The notes under the pieces: generated by a model
Seen by the model: the letters and a program-made list of their open reading frames with translations, nothing else
Database searches by the model: none
Told to the model about the DNA's origin: nothing
In this document: positions 28,283 through 36,934 of the stretch, piece after piece
Layout of the letters: every line of letters begins with the position of its first letter
Position numbering within the stretch: the first letter of the stretch is position 1
Program-made: the position numbers and the translations under genes
Virus record (IMG/VR): IMGVR_UViG_3300045974_001005
Span: 1-57,366 of that record
Source: a virus
Taxonomy: Duplodnaviria; Caudoviricetes
Strand: one strand, 5' to 3'
DNA: 57,366 nt

Positions 28283-28412
28283 TCGCTTTAGACTTTGTCG
28301 TAAAGCCCCAAGAGCGCAGGGGGAATTTTCATGTTTCCATCATAAATTCTGCAACGTTGTGTTATGGGCCGTTTTAATGTCATTTTTAAATATAGACGAA
28401 TTACAAAGCGAT

Positions 28413-29018
28413 TTACTTACCCCAATCATCGGCCGGCATATATCTATTGGTGACATTATTCATGAAAAGTTCCTCTTTGGTAACCTTGGCATTTCTGGAC
28501 TTGTATTTGCTTTCTCTGATCGCCAATTGACGAGAATATGACAATGCCTCATCGAAGGGCTTGTCACAACAATAAATAAGTGCCTGCTCGACAGTGCGAA
28601 TGTCACGTATTCCACCTTGAAACCCGCTTGTTACCTCAACGAATTCAATTCCAAGTTCTGCAACTGATTCCTTGAGGGTGGGGAATACTTTTTCAGCGGT
28701 TTTTGGAATGGCTATGGCATCAGGTATTCCGCCAAAAACATAGTCTGACTTTTCATCCCATGCCCGCTTTAGAAAGTGTGTTGCAGAAATCATTTCCTTT
28801 GATGTCCCCAATTCGTAATAAAATAGGCCAGAAAAATGATCTCGAATAATATAATGAATTATATGCGTTCGATCAGCATCATGAACAACCTCCAAACTAA
28901 CATCCATATCCTTCTGTTGATATTTAAGTCGCCGATCCTTCGTTACATAATAATGTCTTGAAACACTAATTGTCAGTTGGTGGACTTGATTTGGATATTC
29001 TGTTCTGTAATTTAACAT
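28413..29018 (-). CDS. Stand-alone degenerate Mu-type transposase / rve catalytic-core homologue (start may be 29057)
   Basis: YPNQVHQLTIS, HYYV, YIIRDHFSGLFY, GIPDAIAI, LGIEFV mirror Mu-like transposase core motifs, but the catalytic Asp positions are substituted; AT-rich. Confidence 0.6.
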   Translation of the reverse strand: MLNYRTEYPNQVHQLTISVSRHYYVTKDRRLKYQQKDMDVSLEVVHDADRTHIIHYIIRDHFSGLFYYELGTSKEMISATHFLKRAWDEKSDYVFGGIPDAIAIPKTAEKVFPTLKESVAELGIEFVEVTSGFQGGIRDIRTVEQALIYCCDKPFDEALSYSRQLAIRESKYKSRNAKVTKEELFMNNVTNRYMPADDWGK

Positions 29019-29128
29019 GATGAAGGTCAACAGGATGGAGGTTATGGGGAACATCATCGCAAGAACGATTTAAAAAAACTAGAAACGCTGTTGAATGGCC
29101 GGATTTTGTTTTCAGTAAGAAATCTTGC

Positions 29129-30124
29129 TTAGATTATGTCGTTAGATTTCGCTTCTGTTGTGCAATGTGGTACGTAAGCTGGATGGCTAATGAGTGTTTG
29201 CCAGTGTGGTGAGGCTTGGTCAGGTTGTGCCCCTGTCCCGGATTTCATCCAAATTTCGTTCGGAGGCTTGCCAAAAGCCAAGGCCGCAACACATACCCGA
29301 ACCTCGCGCGATCCACTTCCGGCAAATGCGCGCACTTTTGCCCCTTCATTGAAGATGGTGCCGGGAAATACAGCGTGAACCAAAGCGGGAAGTGTTTGGA
29401 AGCATCCTTCGGCATCCATTTTGCGCAATGTTTGGGAAGCGGCACTATTGGTTTTCTTGGTCTGTGCCCGGCGCTGTTCGGCGGCAAGTCGCTCGCTCTC
29501 GGCAGCGGCTTTGTAGGCTTTAAGCGTGGCTCGGTGTTCCTGCTCGCGCTGTTTTCTTTCTTTGAGGTATGGTTCGCGCCATTCAATCATTGCTGTACCG
29601 ACGTAATGGTGTCCTGCGATGTATTCGCCCCAGCGTTCAGCAGTTTTTTCAAGACTGGCTACCTGTTTTTGCGACAGCCGCCCCTTGGTGATCCAATGAT
29701 CTTTCAAGTCCTGAATAAACTTTCTTTCGCGATATTTCCCTTCTGGAATTAATTTTAGCAGTCGGTCAAATATCGGGGCAGGATTGGCGTTAGCCTCATG
29801 ACTTAGTTCTCCATCCCTTTTTTCTTTGCAATCGAGCTTACCTTGCGGTAATTCAATATCTTCCAATTCTTGCACGCCTTGGCGGGAAACTTTAAACCCA
29901 GGGCCACCACGGGGGCCGGGTGCGGATTGCAAAAGACCCTTTTCTTTAGCATCGGCCAAAATCGCCACCACTGTGTTCACAGTCTTGACCGTTAACTTCT
30001 CTTGAAATAAACCACACAGGTGCGATGTCAGTTTTGATGCATCAAAGCGATCATAACCAAATTGGGCGAAAGCCAGTGCAATTGCTTCCTCAATCGTTAT
30101 TTCATTGATTTTAATATATGTCAT
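29129..30124 (-). CDS. Hypothetical protein with N-terminal winged-helix (Rrf2-like wing) and central coiled coil
   Basis: KEKGLLQSAPGPRGGPGFKV wing motif; GRLSQKQ motif; charged helical segment. Confidence 0.7.
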   Translation of the reverse strand: MTYIKINEITIEEAIALAFAQFGYDRFDASKLTSHLCGLFQEKLTVKTVNTVVAILADAKEKGLLQSAPGPRGGPGFKVSRQGVQELEDIELPQGKLDCKEKRDGELSHEANANPAPIFDRLLKLIPEGKYRERKFIQDLKDHWITKGRLSQKQVASLEKTAERWGEYIAGHHYVGTAMIEWREPYLKERKQREQEHRATLKAYKAAAESERLAAEQRRAQTKKTNSAASQTLRKMDAEGCFQTLPALVHAVFPGTIFNEGAKVRAFAGSGSREVRVCVAALAFGKPPNEIWMKSGTGAQPDQASPHWQTLISHPAYVPHCTTEAKSNDII

Positions 30125-30159
30125 GGATGAATTTTAAAAAAGCACAAGAACAGAGTCAA
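30125..30159 (-). promoter_or_regulatory. Sigma70 promoter giving a probably leaderless mRNA for the 29129-30124 gene
   Basis: TTGACT, 17 bp, TAAAAT, 6 nt, ATG; no SD. Confidence 0.7.
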
Positions 30160-30432
30160 TATAGCATTAAACAACTTAAAAACATTGATTCAATTTTTGT
30201 TTTTATAAATATATGGCCTGAAAGTATATCTGTGCTGACTTACAGTTGTATGGCTCTCAGTAGCTATCGTATCACACCATAGGAAGCGCGACTGAAAACG
30301 AAGATGAAACCGCTTGCCGCGCATGTTGGCTTGATGAACTCGAAGAATTTTGTTCGGTTGCGCATGGCTGGCGTTCGTTATGTCAGCTATGATGTCGGAT
30401 ACTCAGCCCGCTGTAGATGAATTCTTGTTTCA

Positions 30433-30816
30433 TTACCCAACCAGCTTTGATTTCGGATTTTTCCGCTTGACCTCGGCACAGCGCGCCATATATTCCCGCA
30501 TTTTTGATTCATCCCCCTGCATTTGCCAGTACAAGGCATCGGCTAAGTCCGCCAATGGCGGGTACGCCACACGCCTTGCCGCCGCCAGGTCTTCGATTGC
30601 CTGCAACTGGCGCTCTTCATCGCTTCGGGTATCGACCCAACATTGGTTGGCAACATGCCACTTGGCCCCGGCATTGGGCGCGGCTTGCCCATCAAACCCC
30701 GGCACAGTGCCGAGCACCACGGTTTGCCCATCCCCCGCCTGCAAGTGTTCGCAGCCATCCGGCGCAAAGCCATGCGACACCAAGAAACCCTTCTGCACCA
30801 CAAAAAATGCTGCCAT
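30433..30816 (-). CDS. Tail fibre assembly / chaperone-like protein
   Basis: Follows the fibre gene with TAATG-type overlap; C-terminal RRVAYPPLADLADALYW...CAEVKRKNPK. Confidence 0.75.
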   Translation of the reverse strand: MAAFFVVQKGFLVSHGFAPDGCEHLQAGDGQTVVLGTVPGFDGQAAPNAGAKWHVANQCWVDTRSDEERQLQAIEDLAAARRVAYPPLADLADALYWQMQGDESKMREYMARCAEVKRKNPKSKLVG

Positions 30817-32609
30817 CAGCGTTTTGCTCCCATAATAAAAAGCGTAGGATTGATAATACGGGCCTTGGGTTCGGCCATGAAATTCAATTCCACCCTGACC
30901 GTGCGTGGAAACGGGCCGATATCAATATTCTTGCCACCCGAGTGGCAGGCATTGACCCATGCTTCATCGCCGCCCCCAAAACACACCTGTGTGCCATCAA
31001 TCACCAGACTGGAATTGGCCACTGTCCAGCCCGTGCCATAGGCAATCAAACCCGTGGTGGAGGCAAACACCATGCCGGGCGCATCGAGCATGATCACGCC
31101 ACTGGCAACAAGAATTGGTGTGCCGACACCGCGCCCGACCGTTTCCCCCGGAAAAGTTTGGGTGAACGGGACGGTAACGGCGTTGGCTCCGATTTTGAGA
31201 GTGTTCACCGCTGCATCGGCAATCATGGCGTTGTTGATTTGCGCATTGCCGATTTTGGCGGTGGTCACAAATAAATCATTCAAATACACACCGGGCGGCT
31301 GGCTGTATCCCCGGCTGTCTGTCCAGGTGCTGGTTTTGACGATAAACGGCACGGCTGCGGTTGGTGCGTTGGTTTGGGCCGCGTCCCCCGGCGCGGCGAT
31401 CCAGAATTGATCAGCACGCACGCCAAACGCGAATTGTGGGCCGTTCTGACTGGCGGAGCCGGTGATGCCAAACCCGGCTTGCCGATAACCGATAGCATTG
31501 CCGCCGGAATCCAGATTGAGCACCCATTTGGCTTCGATTTGTCCTTGCTTGTCCACCAGCACATCGGTACTTTGCTTGATGGCAGATGACGCAATCAGGT
31601 TGCCGTTGGCATCCTTGAGTGCGGCTTGCACCTGATTCCATTTTTGCGCTGCCGCACCGGACAGGTTCACCGAAATGCTTGAGCCGCCCTGTATCAATCC
31701 GGCATTGCCACCGAGTGCCGCCCACATGGTTTGAATCGCGCTGGCAATCGCATTGTCCTGTGACAGCCGGGTATTTTGTTCCGATGCGACACTGGCTTCG
31801 ATATTGCCCGCACGGGTGGACAGCAAGGATAGCGCCGAACCCTGTTGCGCGCTGGTGCTGCCAAGCGTGGTGAGGTTGGTTTCCACATTGCCCACGCGTG
31901 AGGTGAGCACGCTGGACGAATTGGCCATGTTGGCCGTGACCGAATTCAATTGCACAATCCCGGATTCGGCAGTCCCGACCCGTGCCGCCAGAGTGGTGCG
32001 GGCCAGCGCTTCGGCGGATATCGCATCGCTGCGGGCCGTGACTTCGGTTTGAATCGCGGCGGCATTTTGATTCGTCACTGCCGACCAGGTGGTAATCAAT
32101 TGCGCCAGCGCCGCTTCTGCGGCCATGCGCACGGTGCGTTCCTCTGTAATTGCAGTACCGCGTGCAGTTGCCTCAGCCAGCAAGGCATCGATGCGCGCAC
32201 GGGCTTCTGCGGTCACGGCAGCGGTACGGTTTTCGATTTCATGCGTGACGGCATCATCGATCAGGGCAACGTGACTGCCCAACGCCTTGAATAACGGCGA
32301 TTCGATCACCAGTGCTTGCAATTCGTTGACGATGCGGGCGATATCAAGCCGACTGATGCCTGCGCCACTGTTCCCCGCATGGGATTGGCCTTGTGCGGCC
32401 AGTCGTGCCGGGAGGCTGGAATAGCCATTCACCAGTCCCGCTTCCTTGGCCGTGATAAAGCGTTCGTCACCGCTACCTGCTTGCCCGTTGCGAACATGAT
32501 GCGCATCGACCAGGGCGCGCAGCACTTCGCGGGCATTCGGATCGCTGATCGCTTCAAGTGCAGCCAAGGGAATGCCCGGTACCGCTTTTTTGCTTTGGCT
32601 GGACGCCAT
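30816..32609 (-). CDS. Tail fibre / tip protein with coiled-coil shaft and DUF1983-like region
   Basis: Heptad E..AR repeats, AGFGI, FGVRADQFWI, VPFIV, AKIGNAQI, KIGANAVTVP. Confidence 0.8.
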   Translation of the reverse strand: MASSQSKKAVPGIPLAALEAISDPNAREVLRALVDAHHVRNGQAGSGDERFITAKEAGLVNGYSSLPARLAAQGQSHAGNSGAGISRLDIARIVNELQALVIESPLFKALGSHVALIDDAVTHEIENRTAAVTAEARARIDALLAEATARGTAITEERTVRMAAEAALAQLITTWSAVTNQNAAAIQTEVTARSDAISAEALARTTLAARVGTAESGIVQLNSVTANMANSSSVLTSRVGNVETNLTTLGSTSAQQGSALSLLSTRAGNIEASVASEQNTRLSQDNAIASAIQTMWAALGGNAGLIQGGSSISVNLSGAAAQKWNQVQAALKDANGNLIASSAIKQSTDVLVDKQGQIEAKWVLNLDSGGNAIGYRQAGFGITGSASQNGPQFAFGVRADQFWIAAPGDAAQTNAPTAAVPFIVKTSTWTDSRGYSQPPGVYLNDLFVTTAKIGNAQINNAMIADAAVNTLKIGANAVTVPFTQTFPGETVGRGVGTPILVASGVIMLDAPGMVFASTTGLIAYGTGWTVANSSLVIDGTQVCFGGGDEAWVNACHSGGKNIDIGPFPRTVRVELNFMAEPKARIINPTLFIMGAKR

Positions 32610-32611
32610 GC

Positions 32612-34606
32612 TCAAATCTCCTTCAATTCGCGTGTGGTTTCAGCGATGCGCAATTCCCGCACCGTGCCCGTGCCTTGCAGGGTGATTTTCCAGCGACTGG
32701 CTTGATAGCCACCGGGCAAACGGAAGGTAATGGAACCGCTGAGATTGGCCTGGGTATGGCGCAATACGCCGTCGGCAAATACCTTGACCGTCCATAAGCC
32801 ACTGCACACGATTTGCACGATGGCGTAGTTCAAGGGGCGCGGCAGAACAAATTCACGCGATGTCCAAGTGCATACCGCCTCGTCGCCGCCGTAAAACTGG
32901 AACAGACCATTGCCACGGGCGATATAGCATTGATCAATCAAGGGCGAGATGAACGAGCAATTGGCAAGCAAACCCGGTAATTCCGTCATCGCCCCTTGCG
33001 ATTCATCCAGCCCCAACAGAAACGCGGTGAAGGCATTGGTGGACGAATACACGATCAAGCGGCCATCCCATACCGCAAAGCGCATCGAATTCAAGGCATG
33101 GCCATAGCGTGCGCGCCAGGTGTCACGCGTAAAATAGCGTTCGGACAAGCTCAAATTGGGTTGTCCGCCGTCAAATGCCACCAGCCCGTCATGACTGGCG
33201 TACACAATCACCCCGCCCAAATCAGCAATGGCCCACTTGGAAACCCCGGCTTGCAACACATTCAAACCCGATTGGGTCATCGCATCGGGCGACACGCCCG
33301 AAATACGGCACGGTTTACCAGTGGTGGTTATCAATGCGCCCGCCCCGGCAGCAATCGCTCCCACGATATTGGCGTCGCCAAAGGTCAGCACATAGTCAGG
33401 AGGCCATGACCACGGCTTATAAGCATCCGAAAAATGCAGTTCATTGCCGCGCCAGGCCATCAGGATGCCATTGGGCAAGGCGGTCAAGCCGACCAAGGCC
33501 GGATTGGGGGGATACGCGTTGCTGGATGACAGGGGTTCATTCAACCCTGCCGCCGTCACGTCATCATTGAATTGAAACTGCGTGCCGTTCTGTGACAATA
33601 CCGGAATTGCCCCGACATAAAAATAGTCGGCCACATCCGAACCGCTCGGGGTGCGGTAAATGCGAATTTCCTTGATGGGCGCATAGTCTGCCGTTTGGCT
33701 ATCCCGCGTGACCTGCACCGCCACATCGAGCAATAGCGGAATCGTGATGGTGGCCGGAGGACTGGCCGGGCCTTCCTCATTCCAGGTATTGGCATAGGTA
33801 TACACATAGCTGCGGGTATCCTTGTCCGCTTCGTTGTTGCTGTTTGATAAGACCACGGTGTAATCATTGGCGCTGCCGGTTTTACTGATCGCCAATCGCC
33901 ATGCCGACTCGGTATTCAGCGTCGAATTATCGCTATACAGGTCAAGCGCCACGCTGTTATCCACCGCACGCTTGGCCGTCAATCGAATCACCGGCACCGC
34001 CTGCGCCGGGGTTTCCGCGACGCGTGGCGGGGGATATTCCTTGGTGTCAGGGTCGCGCACCGGCACCGTATACGCTTTGGCTGGTGGCGTGAATGTCCAT
34101 TTTTCCAATGCGCTGACCGTGGTCAGGGTCAACACCTGTTCCTGATACTTGATGCCGCCTGATTCATAGTGAAAGGTGGCGGTAAGGGTATTGCCGACCA
34201 GCGGCGACACGGTGGAGACCGACAACACCGGCGCGAGCTGGGGACGCGGCACACCGACCCGATAGCTTGACGCCGGTTCGCCGCCGTTGGCGCGCATCCC
34301 GTCACGCGATGTCACCCGAAAATCCTGTGGCGTGGTGAAATACAGGCGGTTGTACGGATCATTGGCCAGTGGCGAGCGCAGGGCATTGACATCGTCTGGC
34401 CAGGTATAAAATACCAGGCCGTTATCGGTGTAGCCGCTGCCAACCGCATTGGCCATGGTGCGGATCAGGAAATCAAGCTTGCTGCTGCGCAGTTCCCCAT
34501 ACGCAAAATCACAGTTTTGCGCGCCGGAGGCATTGTTTGGCGGCAGCAACGCATCGGGAATGCGCGGGATGATGCCGGAAAAGCGGTCGAGTTTGATCGG
34601 GTTCAT
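32612..34606 (-). CDS. Podovirus tail nozzle / tail tubular protein
   Basis: FSGIIPRI..LLP..A..AQNCD N-terminus, RSYVYT...EEGPASP, RIYRT, FSDAYKPWSWP, FRLPGG. Confidence 0.8.
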   Translation of the reverse strand: MNPIKLDRFSGIIPRIPDALLPPNNASGAQNCDFAYGELRSSKLDFLIRTMANAVGSGYTDNGLVFYTWPDDVNALRSPLANDPYNRLYFTTPQDFRVTSRDGMRANGGEPASSYRVGVPRPQLAPVLSVSTVSPLVGNTLTATFHYESGGIKYQEQVLTLTTVSALEKWTFTPPAKAYTVPVRDPDTKEYPPPRVAETPAQAVPVIRLTAKRAVDNSVALDLYSDNSTLNTESAWRLAISKTGSANDYTVVLSNSNNEADKDTRSYVYTYANTWNEEGPASPPATITIPLLLDVAVQVTRDSQTADYAPIKEIRIYRTPSGSDVADYFYVGAIPVLSQNGTQFQFNDDVTAAGLNEPLSSSNAYPPNPALVGLTALPNGILMAWRGNELHFSDAYKPWSWPPDYVLTFGDANIVGAIAAGAGALITTTGKPCRISGVSPDAMTQSGLNVLQAGVSKWAIADLGGVIVYASHDGLVAFDGGQPNLSLSERYFTRDTWRARYGHALNSMRFAVWDGRLIVYSSTNAFTAFLLGLDESQGAMTELPGLLANCSFISPLIDQCYIARGNGLFQFYGGDEAVCTWTSREFVLPRPLNYAIVQIVCSGLWTVKVFADGVLRHTQANLSGSITFRLPGGYQASRWKITLQGTGTVRELRIAETTRELKEI

Positions 34607-34725
34607 GGCGTGTTGCCTGCCTTGCTCCCCATGGGCGCACCGGTTTGCAACTGGCGAAGACAATTGGCGGTGGCGACGGGCGGGGTCGATGCGAGCAGGC
34701 TGGTGGTATCATTGGGTAGTGTCAT
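34603..34725 (-). CDS. 40-aa ORF, possible remnant of a deleted lysis cassette
   Basis: Strong SD AAAAGGAGG; MTLPNDTTSLLASTPPVATANCLRQLQTGAPMGSKAGNTP; its stop overlaps the nozzle start (ATGA). Confidence 0.55.
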   Translation of the reverse strand: MTLPNDTTSLLASTPPVATANCLRQLQTGAPMGSKAGNTP

Positions 34726-34784
34726 GGGCCTCCTTTTGATGGCGAAAATGGCTGTAGGACAACAATTAACAAGAGTCATTGCAT

Positions 34785-35465
34785 ATGAGTGTAGAAAGCA
34801 ACAATGCCCGCATGCGGGCGCAATTTGAAGACCATTTCACCGAGCGAGGGTGGGACGCCGCATTGTTTGTGCGAACCGACAAGGGTTATCGGAATGAATC
34901 CGTGCAAGTGCTTTGGACAGGGTGGCTTGCGCATGCCGTTTGCCAGCCGTTGCATGAGGCGGGCGCGTTGGAGGTGGCCACGCGCCTGCAAAATGGCGAA
35001 ATCCTTGACCTGAACACCCAGGCAGGACTGCGTGAATGGCTGTTGTCGCTGCCGTTATCGGCGCAGGCCGGGGCGCAGGTTGAACCGGAAAACATCCGTC
35101 AGCATCAACTTCTTGCAAAGTCGATTCTCTGGGTGATGGCTGTCATGGTAATGACGGTGAGCCTTTTATCATTTATGAATTCACGTCAAATGACGACCAC
35201 CGATCATTGGCAAGCCCATGCGCGTACCCGCACGCATTACCCCGATCTAAAAAATGAGTTTGAGCAATTTGATCAGTGTTACGACCACCCGGAACTCAGT
35301 GCCATTTTTGAAAACACTTTTCTCAACGCCCAATGGGAAGATTGCATGGGCAAAGTCGTGCCGAAAGATCCTGCCCGGTTTCAGGCATTTCGTGCCGAGA
35401 CTGCACGCGTTTTTGACGAAATGGAGAAACGCCACGATGGCCCACCGCCGCCCATGCAGCAATAG
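34785..35465 (+). CDS. Antisense moron, single-pass membrane protein
   Basis: Hydrophobic segment ILWVMAVMVMTVSLLSFM; C-terminal domain with two Cys. Confidence 0.7.
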   Translation: MSVESNNARMRAQFEDHFTERGWDAALFVRTDKGYRNESVQVLWTGWLAHAVCQPLHEAGALEVATRLQNGEILDLNTQAGLREWLLSLPLSAQAGAQVEPENIRQHQLLAKSILWVMAVMVMTVSLLSFMNSRQMTTTDHWQAHARTRTHYPDLKNEFEQFDQCYDHPELSAIFENTFLNAQWEDCMGKVVPKDPARFQAFRAETARVFDEMEKRHDGPPPPMQQ

Positions 35466-35490
35466 CCGGAATCTGAACCATTGAGCTGCA

Positions 35491-35829
35491 TTATCGTTTT
35501 GCGGCCTCCATAAACAATTGATCGGTTTGCAGCTCGCTCAAGTCCAGTTTGCTGCATAGAACGATCACCAGCGGATCGTAGCGATTGACGTTTTGCGCAA
35601 ATTCCCAATAGGTTCGGGCGCTGTCGCCGTCGTTGCCGGGCAGGGCCGCAATCAGGGCATTGGCGCGGTCAAGCAATCCGGCTGCAAGCAGTTGCAGGCG
35701 CGCTTGCAGCATGGTGACCGATTGCGGCACCAACGACGGTTCACGGAATTTCTGACGCGCTTCGATTTCGGCAACTTCAGCAGGATTTGCATCGCGGAGG
35801 AAACCGTTTTCCAGGACTTTGATGTTCAT
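35491..35829 (-). CDS. Tail fibre chaperone-like protein
   Basis: PQSVTMLQARLQL...WEFA...R..PLV...DQLFMEAA motif; directly follows a fibre gene. Confidence 0.75.
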   Translation of the reverse strand: MNIKVLENGFLRDANPAEVAEIEARQKFREPSLVPQSVTMLQARLQLLAAGLLDRANALIAALPGNDGDSARTYWEFAQNVNRYDPLVIVLCSKLDLSELQTDQLFMEAAKR

Positions 35830-35837
35830 AGGCACCC

Positions 35838-36656
35838 TTATGTGTTTTTGTAGCCGTAAACGCGTATCGCCCCGCTAACGAAATTACTCCCGCCACCAAG
35901 GTACAAGCGAAATCCTGACAAGGTATTGGCGGCGGTGTACACAAATCGATAATTGTTGAAGCCGAATATCGCGTTGAATTGAAACGTGCCATCAAAAAAT
36001 ACCGGTTTCGTGTTGCTCGAATCGTTTGCGTTATGTACGTCGATAAAACAATGCCCTGCAAATCCGGGAGAGGCTCCTGTGGTTAGTACAATTCCATTGT
36101 TCAGGGTTGATGTGTTAAGGGCGGATGTGTAGTTATTACCCGCATCAACCACCCCGCCATTGGCAAAACGCAAATTGAGGGAATCCGTGGCGGATACTTT
36201 GAAAGCCGTGAAATTGATTCTGTACCAGTCATATGCATTGCTAAAAATCGCCAGAAAATCGATCATGGCCACGGGAGTGCCAATGGTGGCGCTGGCCAGC
36301 AGCACCGTGGTGCTGGTCGGCGCATTGGCATCCATTGCCCCCAGCGCCGCAGGCGTCAATGCGCCAGCGGTCAAGCGCATCGATACCGGGTCGGCACTGG
36401 CGAAGGCGCGGGCTGTAGTGCCTTCTTGAGCACGCACAATGGTCAGTACATCGCCCGCACGCGCCGTGCATTTCACAATCTCATGGTTGATTTCGATGTT
36501 GCCCGCCATTTGGTACAAGGTCAGCACAAAGTAATTGCCGCCTGCCGGGCTGGGAAACTTGCTGCCGCTGCCACTGGCAAGCGTGATGGTGGTACTGGCG
36601 GGGGTGATCGCCCCGGCCAGCACCGAGGCGACGTTATTGGCAAACAGTTGCGGCAT
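35838..36656 (-). CDS. Short tail or head fibre protein
   Basis: Conserved anchor FANN...EIVKCTARAGDVLTIVRAQEGT..RAF...RLTAG; lower-GC variable C-terminus. Confidence 0.8.
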   Translation of the reverse strand: MPQLFANNVASVLAGAITPASTTITLASGSGSKFPSPAGGNYFVLTLYQMAGNIEINHEIVKCTARAGDVLTIVRAQEGTTARAFASADPVSMRLTAGALTPAALGAMDANAPTSTTVLLASATIGTPVAMIDFLAIFSNAYDWYRINFTAFKVSATDSLNLRFANGGVVDAGNNYTSALNTSTLNNGIVLTTGASPGFAGHCFIDVHNANDSSNTKPVFFDGTFQFNAIFGFNNYRFVYTAANTLSGFRLYLGGGSNFVSGAIRVYGYKNT

Positions 36657-36934
36657 TATGTCTCCTTGATTTTTAGAAAAAAGTGATCTACCAGCACGCG
36701 CCCGTCTTCGGTTTGGGCGGTGACGATGATTTTGTAGGTGCTACCAACTGTCCCGCCTTTGAGCCAAAGCCGGATGCGCGGATCAAACAAGAACAGGCCA
36801 TCAAGGATCAAATCCGGCGGTTCTATGGTGGCGCTGCCGCTTTTGAGGTTGTCGCCAGGCGTTAAATCATCTTCATAGGTAATCGTGTAGGATTCGCGCT
36901 CGGTGGCTTGTTGGGAATAGGTGCCTAATTTCAT
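36656..36934 (-). CDS. Fibre-tail adaptor protein
   Basis: QQATERESYTI...L..GD...WLKGGTVG.TYKI...T.DGR pattern. Confidence 0.75.
   Translation of the reverse strand: MKLGTYSQQATERESYTITYEDDLTPGDNLKSGSATIEPPDLILDGLFLFDPRIRLWLKGGTVGSTYKIIVTAQTEDGRVLVDHFFLKIKET

Noticed and set aside
28413-29057. Insertion sequence call for the transposase-like ORF
   Set aside because: No terminal inverted repeats or target duplication noticed, no DNA-binding domain, and catalytic residues appear absent.
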